DNA of 62,042 nucleotides, filler included, from Dirinaria sp. TL-2023a (Eukaryota): NCBI GenBank assembly GCA_051941275.1. It is 13 parts of 13 records of this genome, joined end to end, with 100 filler letters (N's around TTAATTAATTAA, not from the genome) between each part and the next. Parts side by side here need not be neighbours in the genome. Positions count along the whole stretch, not along the records: positions 47,839 to 52,508 come from JAVEBF010001798.1; positions 52,609 to 57,278 come from JAVEBF010001799.1; positions 57,379 to 62,042 come from JAVEBF010001800.1; 10 more parts are not named here. One strand, 5' to 3'. Shown piece by piece: positions 50,258 to 62,042 of this stretch (position 1 is its first letter; each line of letters starts with the position of its first letter). The notes under the pieces were generated by a model. It saw only the letters and a program-made list of their open reading frames with translations, ran no database searches and was not told where the DNA came from. The position numbers and the translations under genes were made by a program.

Positions 50258-51483
50258 GAGATGGGCTTTAAATTAATAACAAAGGTGACTTTTCAGCGGT
50301 AGGCGTAAAAGCAAAAAGACTTTCAAGTAGAGGATTACAAGCAGCTTCGACAATGTGGGTATAGGAAGTGAATGATAATAGATGGGTAGCAAGATGGATG
50401 GGGAATGATACCATATATATATATAAACGTTCAGTATCTCAACCATGGTTCCGAGGTAGTTCAACGGTCAACGCTCGACCATGACCGTGCTTTTGCCGCT
50501 AATTTGCCTTCGGATCACTCCATCTTCCGTCGAGTGTTCCTAGAATCGCGTTGCCATTGCCGGGCATCCCGGCTAATGGGGTCGGTGCAGCTACTAGAAG
50601 TCAACAGCTTGATGTGATCAAAGCGGCTATAAACCCGCTGCTGTAAACCAGCAAGTAGTACTTGGCCTTGTGGTTGGAATCCGAGTAGACCGATTGGAAC
50701 TACCTTCAAGCCCAATGGCTAAACGGTCTGTCCCGAATAAGGTACAGGCGGCGAATTTGCTTTGGACATTTTAGACGGAAGCTTCGGAAGGAGAAAACCG
50801 TTGAGCGCCTCAAAGCTTATGGTGGTGGACGAGGACCTCCGTACTTACAGACACAATGTATCATTTCGCCATTGGCTGTTGTGTTTTAGGTACTCGTACA
50901 GTGCACTAATACCAGGTCCAGGAGAGGTGCGGCACCGAGCAACGCCATTTGGTGTGTGCATGTGTGTTGCGAAATCTTGAAATCCCAAGATTCTTCCCTC
51001 CCTTACATATCAGGCCAATCGATAAATCATTAAGAGTTTGAATGACGCGAGAAAAGAAAGATGACTTTGCAATTTTAATCCTGAAGCATCGAGTTGAGAA
51101 AGAAGACATTCGTAGACGAGGGTAAGTAAGTAGTGGTAACTGCGCAAGTAGGCAAGGGAAGAATTTTGAGATGCTCAGATCTCGCAAAACACATGCACAC
51201 GCCAGATCTGGCAGGTCTAGACGATTGCATTTGGTCTTCGAATCGAAGTAGTTCCGGAAAGGTCAACGACCTCATCGAGGCGCTCAACAGAATAATTGAG
51301 TCGTCACTCCCCAACGAAGTGGGATGGTAGTCTCAATCCCGCTTTGCTGGCTTCAAAACATTTTCTCCTTGAAGAATATGCTATTGAAACCTGAAAATCT
51401 ACTCGAACTACTACATATCAGCTGCCAGACATCCATTAGTCGTATCCATTCCTTCCTATCACTCACCGCAGGATATCCAAAGT

Positions 51484-52339
51484 ATGGAACAAGAAGCGAA
51501 AGACTCACCAGAACCACAGCGACCAGCGAAGCACCGTTTCATTATCACTCATTACAAACCTATCACGGTCCTAGCAGAGTTTGAGGACTTCGGGCCCCGA
51601 TCACTCCCTAGCAAATGTCAAACACCCTTTTCTCCAAGCCAGTGTGAGCGAGTAGTGACCAATCCCTCCACACCTAAAAGGCCGCAGTCAGACCCTCCAT
51701 TACCGTCCACGCAGACTCGAGGCAGATTCACTTCCTTGCTCTCTCTATTATGCTGCGAGTTCGAACACCAGTCTGACTTGGAATCAACCCCAAAGCCGGA
51801 ACGACGAGAGCGAAACAGTTCGAGCAGCAACAACACGGGTACTGCGAACAATGTGGCTCAAGTGGGTATCATGAACGAGGGAAGTCGTAACAGTGCCAAC
51901 CAAGTTATTGCGAAAGAGATGGCACTTGTGCGCTCCCAGGACGAGCAGCGTCCCATCCGCCAAATTAAAAGCACTGCAAGAGATACAGCACTCGAGTGCA
52001 ACCCGAACGAAAATGATTCTAGGCCCTAAAGCAGAGTCATTGAGAAAGAAAAGCCGTGCAAAAAATCTCATCGTGAGAACGTGCGCAGTGATTGAGAAAA
52101 TGAGAGAACGCCAAAAGAATCTGACTGCGGAGGAGATTTATGCAGGCAAACCTTTTGATGTGTATTACGAGGCATTCCCTAAGCGATCAATGAGGATTTT
52201 GGACTTTCGTTCGCTGCTGAAGGTTGAAAGTGGGCCTGGTGAAGGATCGACAACAGCAAAGCCTAAGCCAAGGGGCCAAGCACAACTCCAGGGAGACTTC
52301 CTCCATAGCCGACACCAAACAGAGGCTCAGGGGGATTAG
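51484..52339 (+). CDS. Hypothetical protein (two overlapping frames; structure uncertain)
   Basis: ORF 51484-52029 (181 aa) overlaps ORF 51893-52339 in another frame. Hydrophilic, no recognised domain. Confidence 0.3.
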
Positions 52340-53004
52340 AGACAGTGTTGCGTCTGCATACACAGGTCTCCTCCACCAAGGGCCTGCCTCTTAGACATAA
52401 TTTGACTGGAGCAGGCGTCGTTCGTCCATAGCTTTGATATCATCGTTCTGTCCGCTAAACAAAATTCCTTCTTGTAACAAAGAGTCTCGAATGGACAGTG
52501 AAGAAAACNNNNNNNNNNNNNNNNNNNNNNNNNNNNNNNNNNNNNNNNNNNNTTAATTAATTAANNNNNNNNNNNNNNNNNNNNNNNNNNNNNNNNNNNN
52601 NNNNNNNNGAAACCCCAAACCAAACCCAAGTCAAATCACCCCACGCGCCTCGCACAGCAACGAACCTATGGCCTATTTGCCTCCGAAGACTAATAAGGTA
52701 CCTAATTATCCCATCTCCTCCCCCGGCATGGCCCGTCCGCTATGAGAGGCACACAGTACGTCAGTCAACTGGCCTCTCCAGCCATTTCCCCGCTATTCAG
52801 CATATCTCTGCTTCGCTCATCTCCCCGGCCTTGATTAATTCCCACGTATTCCGGAGGCTTTGCTCGAAGAAGAGGAGCAGTAGCCCAGTAACTCAGCGCC
52901 CAAGACGTCAGAATTCGGCTTCGTAAAACAAGAAAGGACAGACCGTTTCGGCAAGCTGGCTTCCTTCAACCTCAGGCTGTGTAGTTTCAAGCGGATCTGG
53001 AATT

Positions 53005-56000
53005 ATGGGTTTCGAGGAGGCGGAACTACGAAAGAGAAGCACGTTGGAGCCTTGCCAGGAGGCTGACGTGAACCATGATGACGCGTTCGAGAAAGGGAAA
53101 AAAGACAAGAAAACTGTCGGAAGGACGCCGGACGGCACAGGTGTGTTTAAGGTACTGCATCTAGTGCTCATCCAACCCGGTTGACCCTTACGTAGTGTTC
53201 ACTGTACCCCAAACCCATGACATGGTGTCCCAGTTGCTTTCTCCAAGCCAGCCCAAAAATCTCTCCGACTTGGTTGTCCTAGCGGTATTAGGATTGCACA
53301 TTGTTGGCCTTTACCTGCTTCCATCATCGTCACGAACCCTGGTGTTCGCAGTCATCTTTCTTTTTTGGCGGGCATGTTATAATGTGGGGATCGGCTACCT
53401 GCTGCATATCCAGTCAAAGCACATACGCTTGGTCGCCTGGGCGAAGAAGTGGAAGATTTTCGTGGACCCGAGAACAGGCGAGAATCCCAATGTCTGGCTG
53501 TATTCGACCATGAAGCGAGAGTTGGAAACGAAGATACCCAAAGACTACAAATTCGAAGAAGCCCCTGTGGAATACAACACGTGGCTAGTGTTTCGAAGGG
53601 TGGTTGATCTGATATTGATGTGTGACTTTGTTTCCTACTGCCTTTTTGCCATTGCCTGTGGTGGGAGGCCCGAGGGTGAAAGTGTGAATTTGACCGTGTT
53701 TCGGTGGTTCGCCGGGGTAGCATTGTTTGGTTTCAATTTGTGGGTCAAGCTTGACGCTCATCGCGTCGTTAAAGACTATGCTTGGTACTGGGGTGACTTT
53801 TTCTATCTCATTGACCAGCAATTAACGTTCGACGGGGTATTCGAGATGGCTCCTCACCCGATGTATTCAGTAGGCTATGCTGGCTATTACGGTATATCAT
53901 TGATGGCAGCGAGCTACAAGGTGCTATTCATATCGATTCTGGCACATGCTGCACAGTTTGCTTTCCTGGTCTGGGTCGAGAATCCGCATATCGAAAAGAT
54001 TTACAATCCTCCGCCAAAGCGAAAACAGATGCAGGAACCGGAAGAAGACCACGGAGATGTTGGTGGCGCCGCTGATAACGTCCCTGACGGAGGTGGATCC
54101 ACGACCAAGCCATCACCAGTACATAACTTGATCGGACTCAAGAATATCGACCTGTTTCGAATGACAGACACTTCGGTCATACTCTTGCAGCTGTACATAT
54201 ACGCGTTCACGTTCCTTACTCCCTCAACTCCCTTTTTCCAGGCCCTTTTCGCACTCAACGCCGCTGTTTGGCGATGCTGGTATTCCTTGGGTGTTGGCTA
54301 CGTGCTGAGGCGTCAGTCGAGGAAGCAGAGGTGGACACGTCATTTCCTCAAGTACGGAGAAAGTGCTGAAGAGGCCTGGCGCCAATGGAAGGGAATGTAT
54401 CATCTCAGCATGACGATGTGTTACACGAGCTTCGTTGCTGCCTCATGGAAGATGTACTCCCCGCCAGCTGATTGGAGATCGGGGCTCGCCCTTTTGAAGC
54501 ACGTCGTCGGTGCGAGTCTGGTACTTCTACAGGCCTGGACAGCTATCAGCATCTACGACTCTCTAGGTGAATTTGGATGGTTTTTCGGTGACTTTTTCTT
54601 TGACCACTCCTCGAAGTTGACCTACGGTGGTATCTATCGGTTCTTGAACAATCCAGAGAGAGTCATTGGCTTGGCTGGGGTGTGGGGCGCCGCTTTGATT
54701 ACTAGCAGCAGCACGATCTTGGCGCTTGCGATACTGAGTCATGGGCTTGCCTTGCTGTTCTTCCAATTCGTAGAGCGCCCGCATATGCGGAAGCTCTACG
54801 GACAAAGCTTGAGGAGCGAATCTGGATTGTCCAAGAGTATCCGGCGATCACTACCCTTACCTTTCTCACAATGGCGAGGCAGTGTAGATAAGGTACTAAC
54901 CGAGACACTTGATTCGCTCGAAGATTACGTTGATGCTGCCCGGCCAAAGCTCGCTGCTGGGATGGGGGTTTTCGTAAAAGATTCTACGGCGCTCTTCACG
55001 CATCCTACACGTATCAGCATAACACGCTTAGCTCCGGATCTTGCTGGCTATGACCCCAAAGACTACTCCGTTGAGATCTTGAGCACCTCCTCAACAGCGA
55101 AGATGAATGGATCCCTACCGGAATCCTCCGCCCAAAGGTCTGGATTCCGAACCCTCGTCTTTGATTACGGCGTTCCCATCAAGATCAAGTGGACAGCACC
55201 ACTGAACCATACCAAGAAAGACTGGGTGGGCCTCTATATGGTTGCAGACAATGCCTCACGTGAGATAACAAAGACCAGTTCTCAGGGCCGGTGGGTAGCT
55301 ACAAACCGAGATCAGTACAATTCCATCATTTCAGATCAAGGCATCTTTGTGAGTGATACCCGTGTGTCTGGCATGGAACGCAAGGATGGGGAGTCCAAAG
55401 ACTTCCTCTCCGGCCAAATGGTATTTGCAGGGGACAAGCTCTGGTGGACAACGGGAGTGTTTGAGTTCAGGTATCATCACAACGGGAAGCATAATGTGAT
55501 GGCTATTTCCCTTCCATTCGAAATCAGGATCGATAAGTTCAAGGAAGACGACATCGAGGTTGACGAGAGCGGTCTCGTCCGAGACGGGTTTCAAGAAGCC
55601 CTTTTGCAGCTTGTCCGAAATTGCTTTGATCGGGATCCTGACATTGCTCCTAAGTTGGTTTCACGAAAGCTATGGACTCGATAGTAACGCTGATACCGAG
55701 CCACAGTACCATCGATGAGGCGTTTGGCGGTTTGGTGGAGCGTGAAGGCAAATTTGCCAAAAGGGTGGTGTATGCAGTTCATCGGATGTACGAAATATGG
55801 CTCCTTGGAAAGCTGACGCATTCTGCTGACGGCGCTTTAGGTTTGGAATTGAGTTCGCTCCCGAAGTAGTTCAAGCTGATGGCAATGTAAGTTTGCTCAG
55901 CAAAGCAGTTTTCGAAAACTATTGACGAACCATCGATAATAGGTGCGAAATCTGGCACGGCGAATCTGCAACGCTAAGAGAGTCCTGGTCAGTACCTCTA

Positions 56001-56109
56001 TACAAATCATTTTCTACCCATATAGCCAAAGCTTTGTCCCTTCGCCGCTAACATAGATTCTCAGGCGCCGTACATGTCTCTTCCGAAAGGGAAGGATGCA
56101 TCGTCTTAG
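53005..56109 (+). CDS. CHO2: Phosphatidylethanolamine N-methyltransferase Cho2 (6 exons)
   Basis: [52 protein letters not shown], second PEMT repeat [11 protein letters not shown]...[24 protein letters not shown]. Intron 53141-53195 plus four short 3' introns, ending [14 protein letters not shown]. Confidence 0.96.
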
Positions 56110-56641
56110 CCACGCCAGTCCAATCTACACGTTGTATGAACATGGTCTTTGCGGAAATGATACATAGCTTCGATGCGGTCTAGTGTCGAGTACACATTTT
56201 ATTCCCACAGCTGCAGTAATAGGGAATGGCAGTATATTTAATCAAGTCTCACAACGTAAATTTCATAAGAGATTTCAGACATGTAATCGGAGTATACCCC
56301 TACAATGGACCTACTTATGTGCGCTGTACTCGTACCTTAAGGTAAGGTACTCTTGAGGTGCGGTACCTTAGGTAAGATACCTTTGGGTGAGGCATCTTGA
56401 AAGAGGTACGGTAGGGTTCTCTAACCCTAGAGATACACTGCCTTACCTCATCCAAGGTAAAGTACATACTGGCTATCGTTATAGAATATTGAACTCCCTG
56501 TATTCTCATGATTGGCATTGTGACACACTGGCGTTGGTCTCTCATGCATCGCTGTCGGCTTTCAAATTCTTTGCCTTAGCTCCCTTCACACGCCGAGTGT
56601 TCCACCAACAGACTGTTAGAAAGCCAAAGATATCGATCAGG

Positions 56642-57278
56642 ATGTCAACATCCTCGTCCTCTCCCTCAAACCTGCTCTCTTTCCTCCGCGCATCTTATCC
56701 CACCACACTCCCCTCATCCACGTCTGAGAGCGATATTCCCACTCTCTCGTCGCACCTCTACCCCAACATCACCTACACCGACTCCGAGAAAGTAGAGCTA
56801 AATCAATGGCTCACCACATCGGCGCGCCTGGCCACGCCGGACGAAGACGAAGCCAAGCATGCCGAACGTCTCGGTTCTCTGAACATCCACCTTTCCACAC
56901 ACACAACGCTCCTCGGCTCGAAACCGTGCGTCGCAGACGTGGCGTTGTATCACCGGCTATCGCCCGCAGTACGAACATGGAGTCCCGAGGAGAGGACGGG
57001 CGAGAAGGGGTATCACCACATCGTGCGCTTTATGGAATTTATACAGAACGCGCCCATGTTCGGCCTCCACATCCCGGACGCGGACAAAATACCCATCGAT
57101 GTTAACGACGTCCGGTTTGTCAAGAAGCCCCTCGATGCCAAAGAAGAGAAAGAGCGTAAGAAAAAAGAGAAGGCAGCCGCCGCCGCCGCTCTTACCTCCA
57201 CCAACAGTGGAGATGTTGCACAACAACAAAAAAGTTCCCTGCCAGACCGAACTAAAGAACCCTCCTCAAACGACAGCC
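56642..57278 (+). CDS. ARC1: tRNA-aminoacylation cofactor Arc1, N-terminal GST-like domain (3'-partial)
   Basis: EKVELNQWL, TTLLGSKPCVADVALY, WSPEERTGEKGYHHIVRFMEFIQN, then the Lys-rich linker EEKERKKKEKAAA. The tRNA-binding domain lies beyond the contig end. Confidence 0.85.
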
Positions 57279-58684
57279 NNNNNNNNNNNNNNNNNNNNNN
57301 NNNNNNNNNNNNNNNNNNNNNNTTAATTAATTAANNNNNNNNNNNNNNNNNNNNNNNNNNNNNNNNNNNNNNNNNNNNGATCGAGGGGCTGATTGGTTTC
57401 TGGAATGGGAATTTTGAGTGGGAGATGACAGCGTCGAATGGGAGGAAAGAGGTGACCGAACTGGGGAAAGCAGCGGGTTCTTGCCAAGCCCAGCTTGCAC
57501 TTTCACCACCCGATCTTCGATTCCCGCTCTTGGCTGATTTTTTTGTTCCTCGCACTCCCTAGTCTCCTATAGAGGGTACTCAGGGTACACGCACGCATAC
57601 CCAATCGCATGTCGCTGTGTCAGCTGCGGAATCCAAGGGCCTGTCCTGTGAGTCGCTGGAGTCGCTGGATGCCGGTCCCGCAGCGTCTGGGCAGCCCAAA
57701 AAGCGTCCCGGCCACCCGTTTTAGCAGTTGGTTCAGTAGACAGCAAGTTAAGCTGTTTTAGGTGCAGCGCCATCGGGCTCATCTTCGTTTTGACTTTGGC
57801 CACTAACCTCCATAGGCTCCTTGACTGGACCTTACTGACTAGCCTCCCCTAGTCCCCTAGCAGCCCCTACTAACCCCTACTAATCCCTACCTTGCCCTCT
57901 GGTGCAGGTGGTGCCTCCGAAAAAGCTAACCTGCTATCCCACTCATCCCTGCTCCCTTTAACTCGTACCGATCTGCCCCATCTATGAGAAAAGTAAAAGT
58001 AGACCCAAACTTTGTCTTCCCCCTCCACAGAAAAGAAAGTCTCTCTCCAGTCTCGCGCCCGCCGCCCCGGCCAATCTACTTTCACCAACCTTCTCCTGCC
58101 TGCAGCCATTCTCATGTACATACCCATCCCAGCGTAGTTCGACCCTTCGTCCAAGTCCAATTATCCTCTGCTTGTCTTTTGACACCTCTGCGTGCATTTA
58201 CCTTACCTACATTATTCATCGTACTACCATTACTCTGCGAATTTTGGGACTCCCATTACACATACACACACGCTGACGCTGTACTACAAAGTGTCATCTC
58301 GATCTGAGGTGGCAACCGGTACCAACCGCCGCAGGATCTCGTTCCTTTCTTTCGGTAACCGCACGTTCCACGGTTCACGCAATACCTGAATCTCGATTTG
58401 AACTTTACACATCTCGATTTGACTCTTACGCAAGCCCCGACCTGCAGGGTATTGATCAGAGCCCATTTCGTCCCGGACAGGTCCAGCTCATCTTCCATCG
58501 CTGCGGGCACTGACGAGCGTGTCTCCGCCAATCTGAACCTAGGCGGCCGGGCCCGCAGTGTCGTCGTTTTCAAAACCGGCAAGTGACAGCAAAGCAAAGG
58601 CAAGGGACGAATAGATCAGATCGAGATATGTCGGCTCGGCAGTGAGCTACACCGTAGAGGATCGTGCGTGAAGACCACGTTATT

Positions 58685-60455
58685 ATGGCGATGGGGGACG
58701 CAATCAGGCAGAGGTGGGTTGCTATGACCGGACCCATGTTCCCAGAGCCTGAAACAAAGTCTTCCGTTGCTGATTCGGTCACTAGCAATGGCTTGCCTGC
58801 CCTGGGTTACCTGGACCTGGAAAAGATTAAGAAGGAGAACTCGCAATACAATCACAAATTACCCGTTTCCGCGGCTCTGAACATGCCTGCTCCGCCGCTT
58901 GCCAGTCCTTCCATCTATTCAGGCCCGCCTCCTCCGTATTCGTATCCGTCGTCTACGGCCAGCTCAGTCGTTGGCGCCAACAATGGTTATATATCGCCAA
59001 CAGAATCTCGCCGGGCGCCGGAGGAAGAGAAAGAGTCAGCAGCAGCAGCAGCAGCAGCACCACCACCACCACAACCACCGAAGCTGCAATCGCTCCCTTC
59101 AATACAGGAAGCACTTAGCAGTGATCAGCCCATATCGATCAGCTCTCTGCTATCCAAACCTGCAAATTCGCAAACACCACAGCAAGGACCTCAACCAAGT
59201 CCTACAAGTCCCATATCTCGCACACGCCCTGGCTCCACTCCAACACGGCCTCCACTGTCCTTGCCACAAGCGCAGCAGCCTCCGCTGTACCGTCCGCAAG
59301 AGCCATTGGAGAAGTCGACGAGACCCCAGTATTCTCCAAGACTACCGAACGATTCTCAACCACCTCGCTTTCCCCCTCCATCTACCCAATCGTACGTTCC
59401 TCCGCAGCCAAGAACAGTATCTAGCCCCATGACTCAATCGTATCCTACTGCGTCCGCTCCTCAGCTGCGTCATTCGTCGCCTCCTCACGATGCAGGACTT
59501 CGCTCAGCACCCCCTCTGACGTCTCAGCCTCCGTACAGTCCCTTCCATCAGGGGTATTACAATTATGCCTTGCCTTCATCCAACATGCCGCCTTTTCAGC
59601 CTGGGCCGCTACCTCCACTGACGTGGCGCTCTTCTGGGTCTGACCTGGATCGTGCGGATGAAGTTAGGAAGGCGATCTCGAAAGGAAGTCCGAAGTATCA
59701 GACATATGGGGAAACTGTGAAGCGCCATCTTGATATCTTCGATCTGGAAACCTCGCTCAACGAAGTAAGCCCAATTTTTTCATCTCTACGCATTCGCTTC
59801 TAACAGATAGCAAAGATCGCCGAAGGCAGTGGCCGTACATTGGCCTTTACCCAGAAATACAAGTATGAAGCGCACAAGACGCAGAGATCAGGGCCTACTT
59901 CTCAATCACTGCCAACCTTGTCCGAGTGCGACGACATAATCAAGCAGCAAAGAGGAGTCCTTGCATCCATGGAGCGCATTCGGGAAGTCATTGTAAAACA
60001 GCAGCAAGATTTGGCCGAGGCACGTCAGCGTGAGCAAGGCTATAAGGCTTCGAATGATTACGACGAGGAAAGTCTGTATGGGGATAAAGGGGAAGGTGGA
60101 GGAGGCTTCGCCGGCGCGGATCCGAAGAAGAGGAGAGGTGTATGTTCCGTCCCATATTTTGGTGGTCTGTCAATCGCGACTAATGCTTTTTCCCCTTTAG
60201 AGAGCCGCTCCTCCTGGTCGCTGCCACAGCTGCAATCGAGCGGAAACGCCGGAATGGCGGCGAGGTCCCGATGGAGCTCGAACACTATGTAATGCGTGTG
60301 GACTGCGTAAGAAGACAGAACGTTTCCTTGCTCAGGCAAAAAGCGCTGACATCGGAACAGACTATGCCAAGCTCACCCGCAAAATGGGGTCGAATAAAGC
60401 CTCCACGGGATCGAATCTTCGGCCGAAAGAATCCAGTCCTGGCTTGACCCAATAA
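58685..60455 (+). CDS. nsdD: GATA transcription factor NsdD (sexual development regulator), 4 exons
   Basis: [83 protein letters not shown]; introns ~59765-59815, 60139-60200, 60307-60360. Start codon uncertain (58685, ~58724 or ~58883). Confidence 0.95.
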
Positions 60456-61855
60456 CACAGCCATACTTGAGGTTGAGACTGCAAAGTCATTTTTTTCATC
60501 GCAATAACGATGTCTCTATACGCCATATTTCACGATGCACATACATCTTCCCTTGTGTCTATTGGAGAAATTTACTACTTACGGAGCCGAAAATCCATCA
60601 GGGCGGAGTTTATCATCGGTGCAAGCATCTCTTTTAGGGGATCACGAGTGTTGCTTTCACGCAGTTGACGACCCGGGAAAGAACGAACGGTATCAACTGG
60701 CATTGCATCGGCTTAGACAACAGTCCATTCTTTACTGGACTTGGATTATCACGCGTGTACATTTCTTCCCACGTGGACGTCGAAACTGCATTCTTGCTTT
60801 CATCGGGTGAGGAGTATAACATTTGAGTGCAATTTTTGGGAGTCTTTTCTTTCGTCGCTATGATACCAGCCTTATTAGAGGCCTGTTTTACTGGAATATT
60901 CTGGAGATTTTTGCTCGATATCAGTGGGCGAGCCATGTATTACGAACAGACTCGCGGGAGACGGAATATAGATCAATGGAATGAAGGGGGGCCGGGGATG
61001 GTGTGACAGATAAGCATTCTTTATAGGCCTTGACGACGCGGCAGACTTGGAGTCTACGGTGGAGAGACTTCAGCGGCTTGTAGCGTTACCGGTGGCTAGA
61101 GGAACGTTTTTAACACTCATTACATTTACCAGATGACACATTTGTCATATCTTCGTCCAGATCCCCCTTTCCTCGCTTATATTTCTACGCCTTCCACTTG
61201 AACACTGAGCTGGCTCGTTGGGATTATACTCATAATCATATCAGGATGAGTATTTAACCTGAAGAATTTGGGAACAAGTATGCTGCGGAGGCAAGGTAAC
61301 GTAGAGCTGGATAGCCGCGCTGGTAGATTGTATTGATGCTTGATAGGCTTGCGTTGAGATGTCTCGGTGCTGGTGAACTACTTCGCATGGTTTCTCTCCC
61401 TTGAAACCGGACGATCTTGTACCTTACTGGCAGTCCCTACTTGGCAGATCATATGGCAGACATATGGAATTTTTTTTTATGCTTAAGGCAAATGTCTACA
61501 CTCTTCAAGGCCGGCTTCTCTGATGGTTGCTATGCTCCCCATTTCGTTCCTCTTCATGCACTAGTTGTACAGTGCCTTTTTGCCCCCCGGCAAGCATGCT
61601 CATGATGACTACTCAACACTGCGACCATCTATAGAGGGCGCATGTTGTTTTCCCTCCGTGAAATGAGTGCAAGACCCGTCAGAAGTCCCGGCTTAGACCG
61701 AAGCAATGCCGAGAACCACTACCAATGCCAACTCAAAGGTGAGGCGACTGCTGGCGCAGACATCGCAGTATCACGGCTTCCGGGGGGGAAAGCTTCATTT
61801 GCTCGGAGCATGACACCATCTTTCCCCTTTTGCACGTGAGCTGCCAGAGAAGCCT

Positions 61856-61889
61856 TGCCCTGGAACGTCCTGCCCTGGAACGTCCTGCC
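61856..61889 (+). repeat. Short tandem duplication (about 15-nt unit, 2 copies)
   Basis: TGCCCTGGAACGTCC TGCCCTGGAACGTCC TGCC. Confidence 0.7.
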
Positions 61890-62042
61890 TCATCGAGGGG
61901 TAAAATTCTCAGCGCCATTTCAGCAAGATAAGGGTGGATCGCATTACGCAATCCCCACACCATCTCAACGGTAAACTAAAGTAGAATGATAAGAAGCGCC
62001 ATGCTTTCTTCTATGCTATCAGAGGCAGACAAGTTGACACAC

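Noticed and set aside
56387..56641. N-terminal extension of ARC1 in the ORF track
   Set aside because: Non-ATG start running through promoter-like AAGGTA-rich DNA. The Arc1-like sequence begins at ATG 56642.

Overview
Eukaryotic DNA from a filamentous ascomycete (Pezizomycotina), with short GT-AG introns and CTRAC-type branch sites. It is not one continuous locus. It is 13 unrelated contigs of about 4.7 kb, ordered by decreasing length (4695 down to about 4664 nt) and joined by twelve artificial 100-nt spacers (N44-TTAATTAATTAA-N44), so neighbourhood across a spacer means nothing. Recognisable genes: enoyl-CoA hydratase C-terminus, TIM21, GLO3 ArfGAP, a divergent dispersed 5S rRNA gene, ALG14, an SH3-RasGEF (Cdc25 family), a five-exon secreted 12-Cys protein, a cytochrome P450 cut by an LTR-like insertion, a Zn2Cys6 transcription factor, a pseudogenised O-methyltransferase, a secreted ferritin-like (Rds1/LsdA-type) protein, a tail-anchored FHA protein, the Slt2/MpkA MAP kinase, an HSL-family alpha/beta hydrolase, an APH-like phosphotransferase fragment, CHO2, ARC1 (partial) and the GATA factor NsdD. 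I cannot support a new multi-gene system. The best leads are a possible aerolysin/ETX-MTX2-like secreted protein, a CC/GG-depleted but CpG-rich decay signature unlike canonical RIP, a foldback element with telomere-like arms, recurrent AAGGTA/TACCTT clusters in intergenic DNA, a structurally compensated 5S variant, and two inactivated secondary-metabolism enzyme genes. All family calls come from recalled motifs and hand translation, not database searches.
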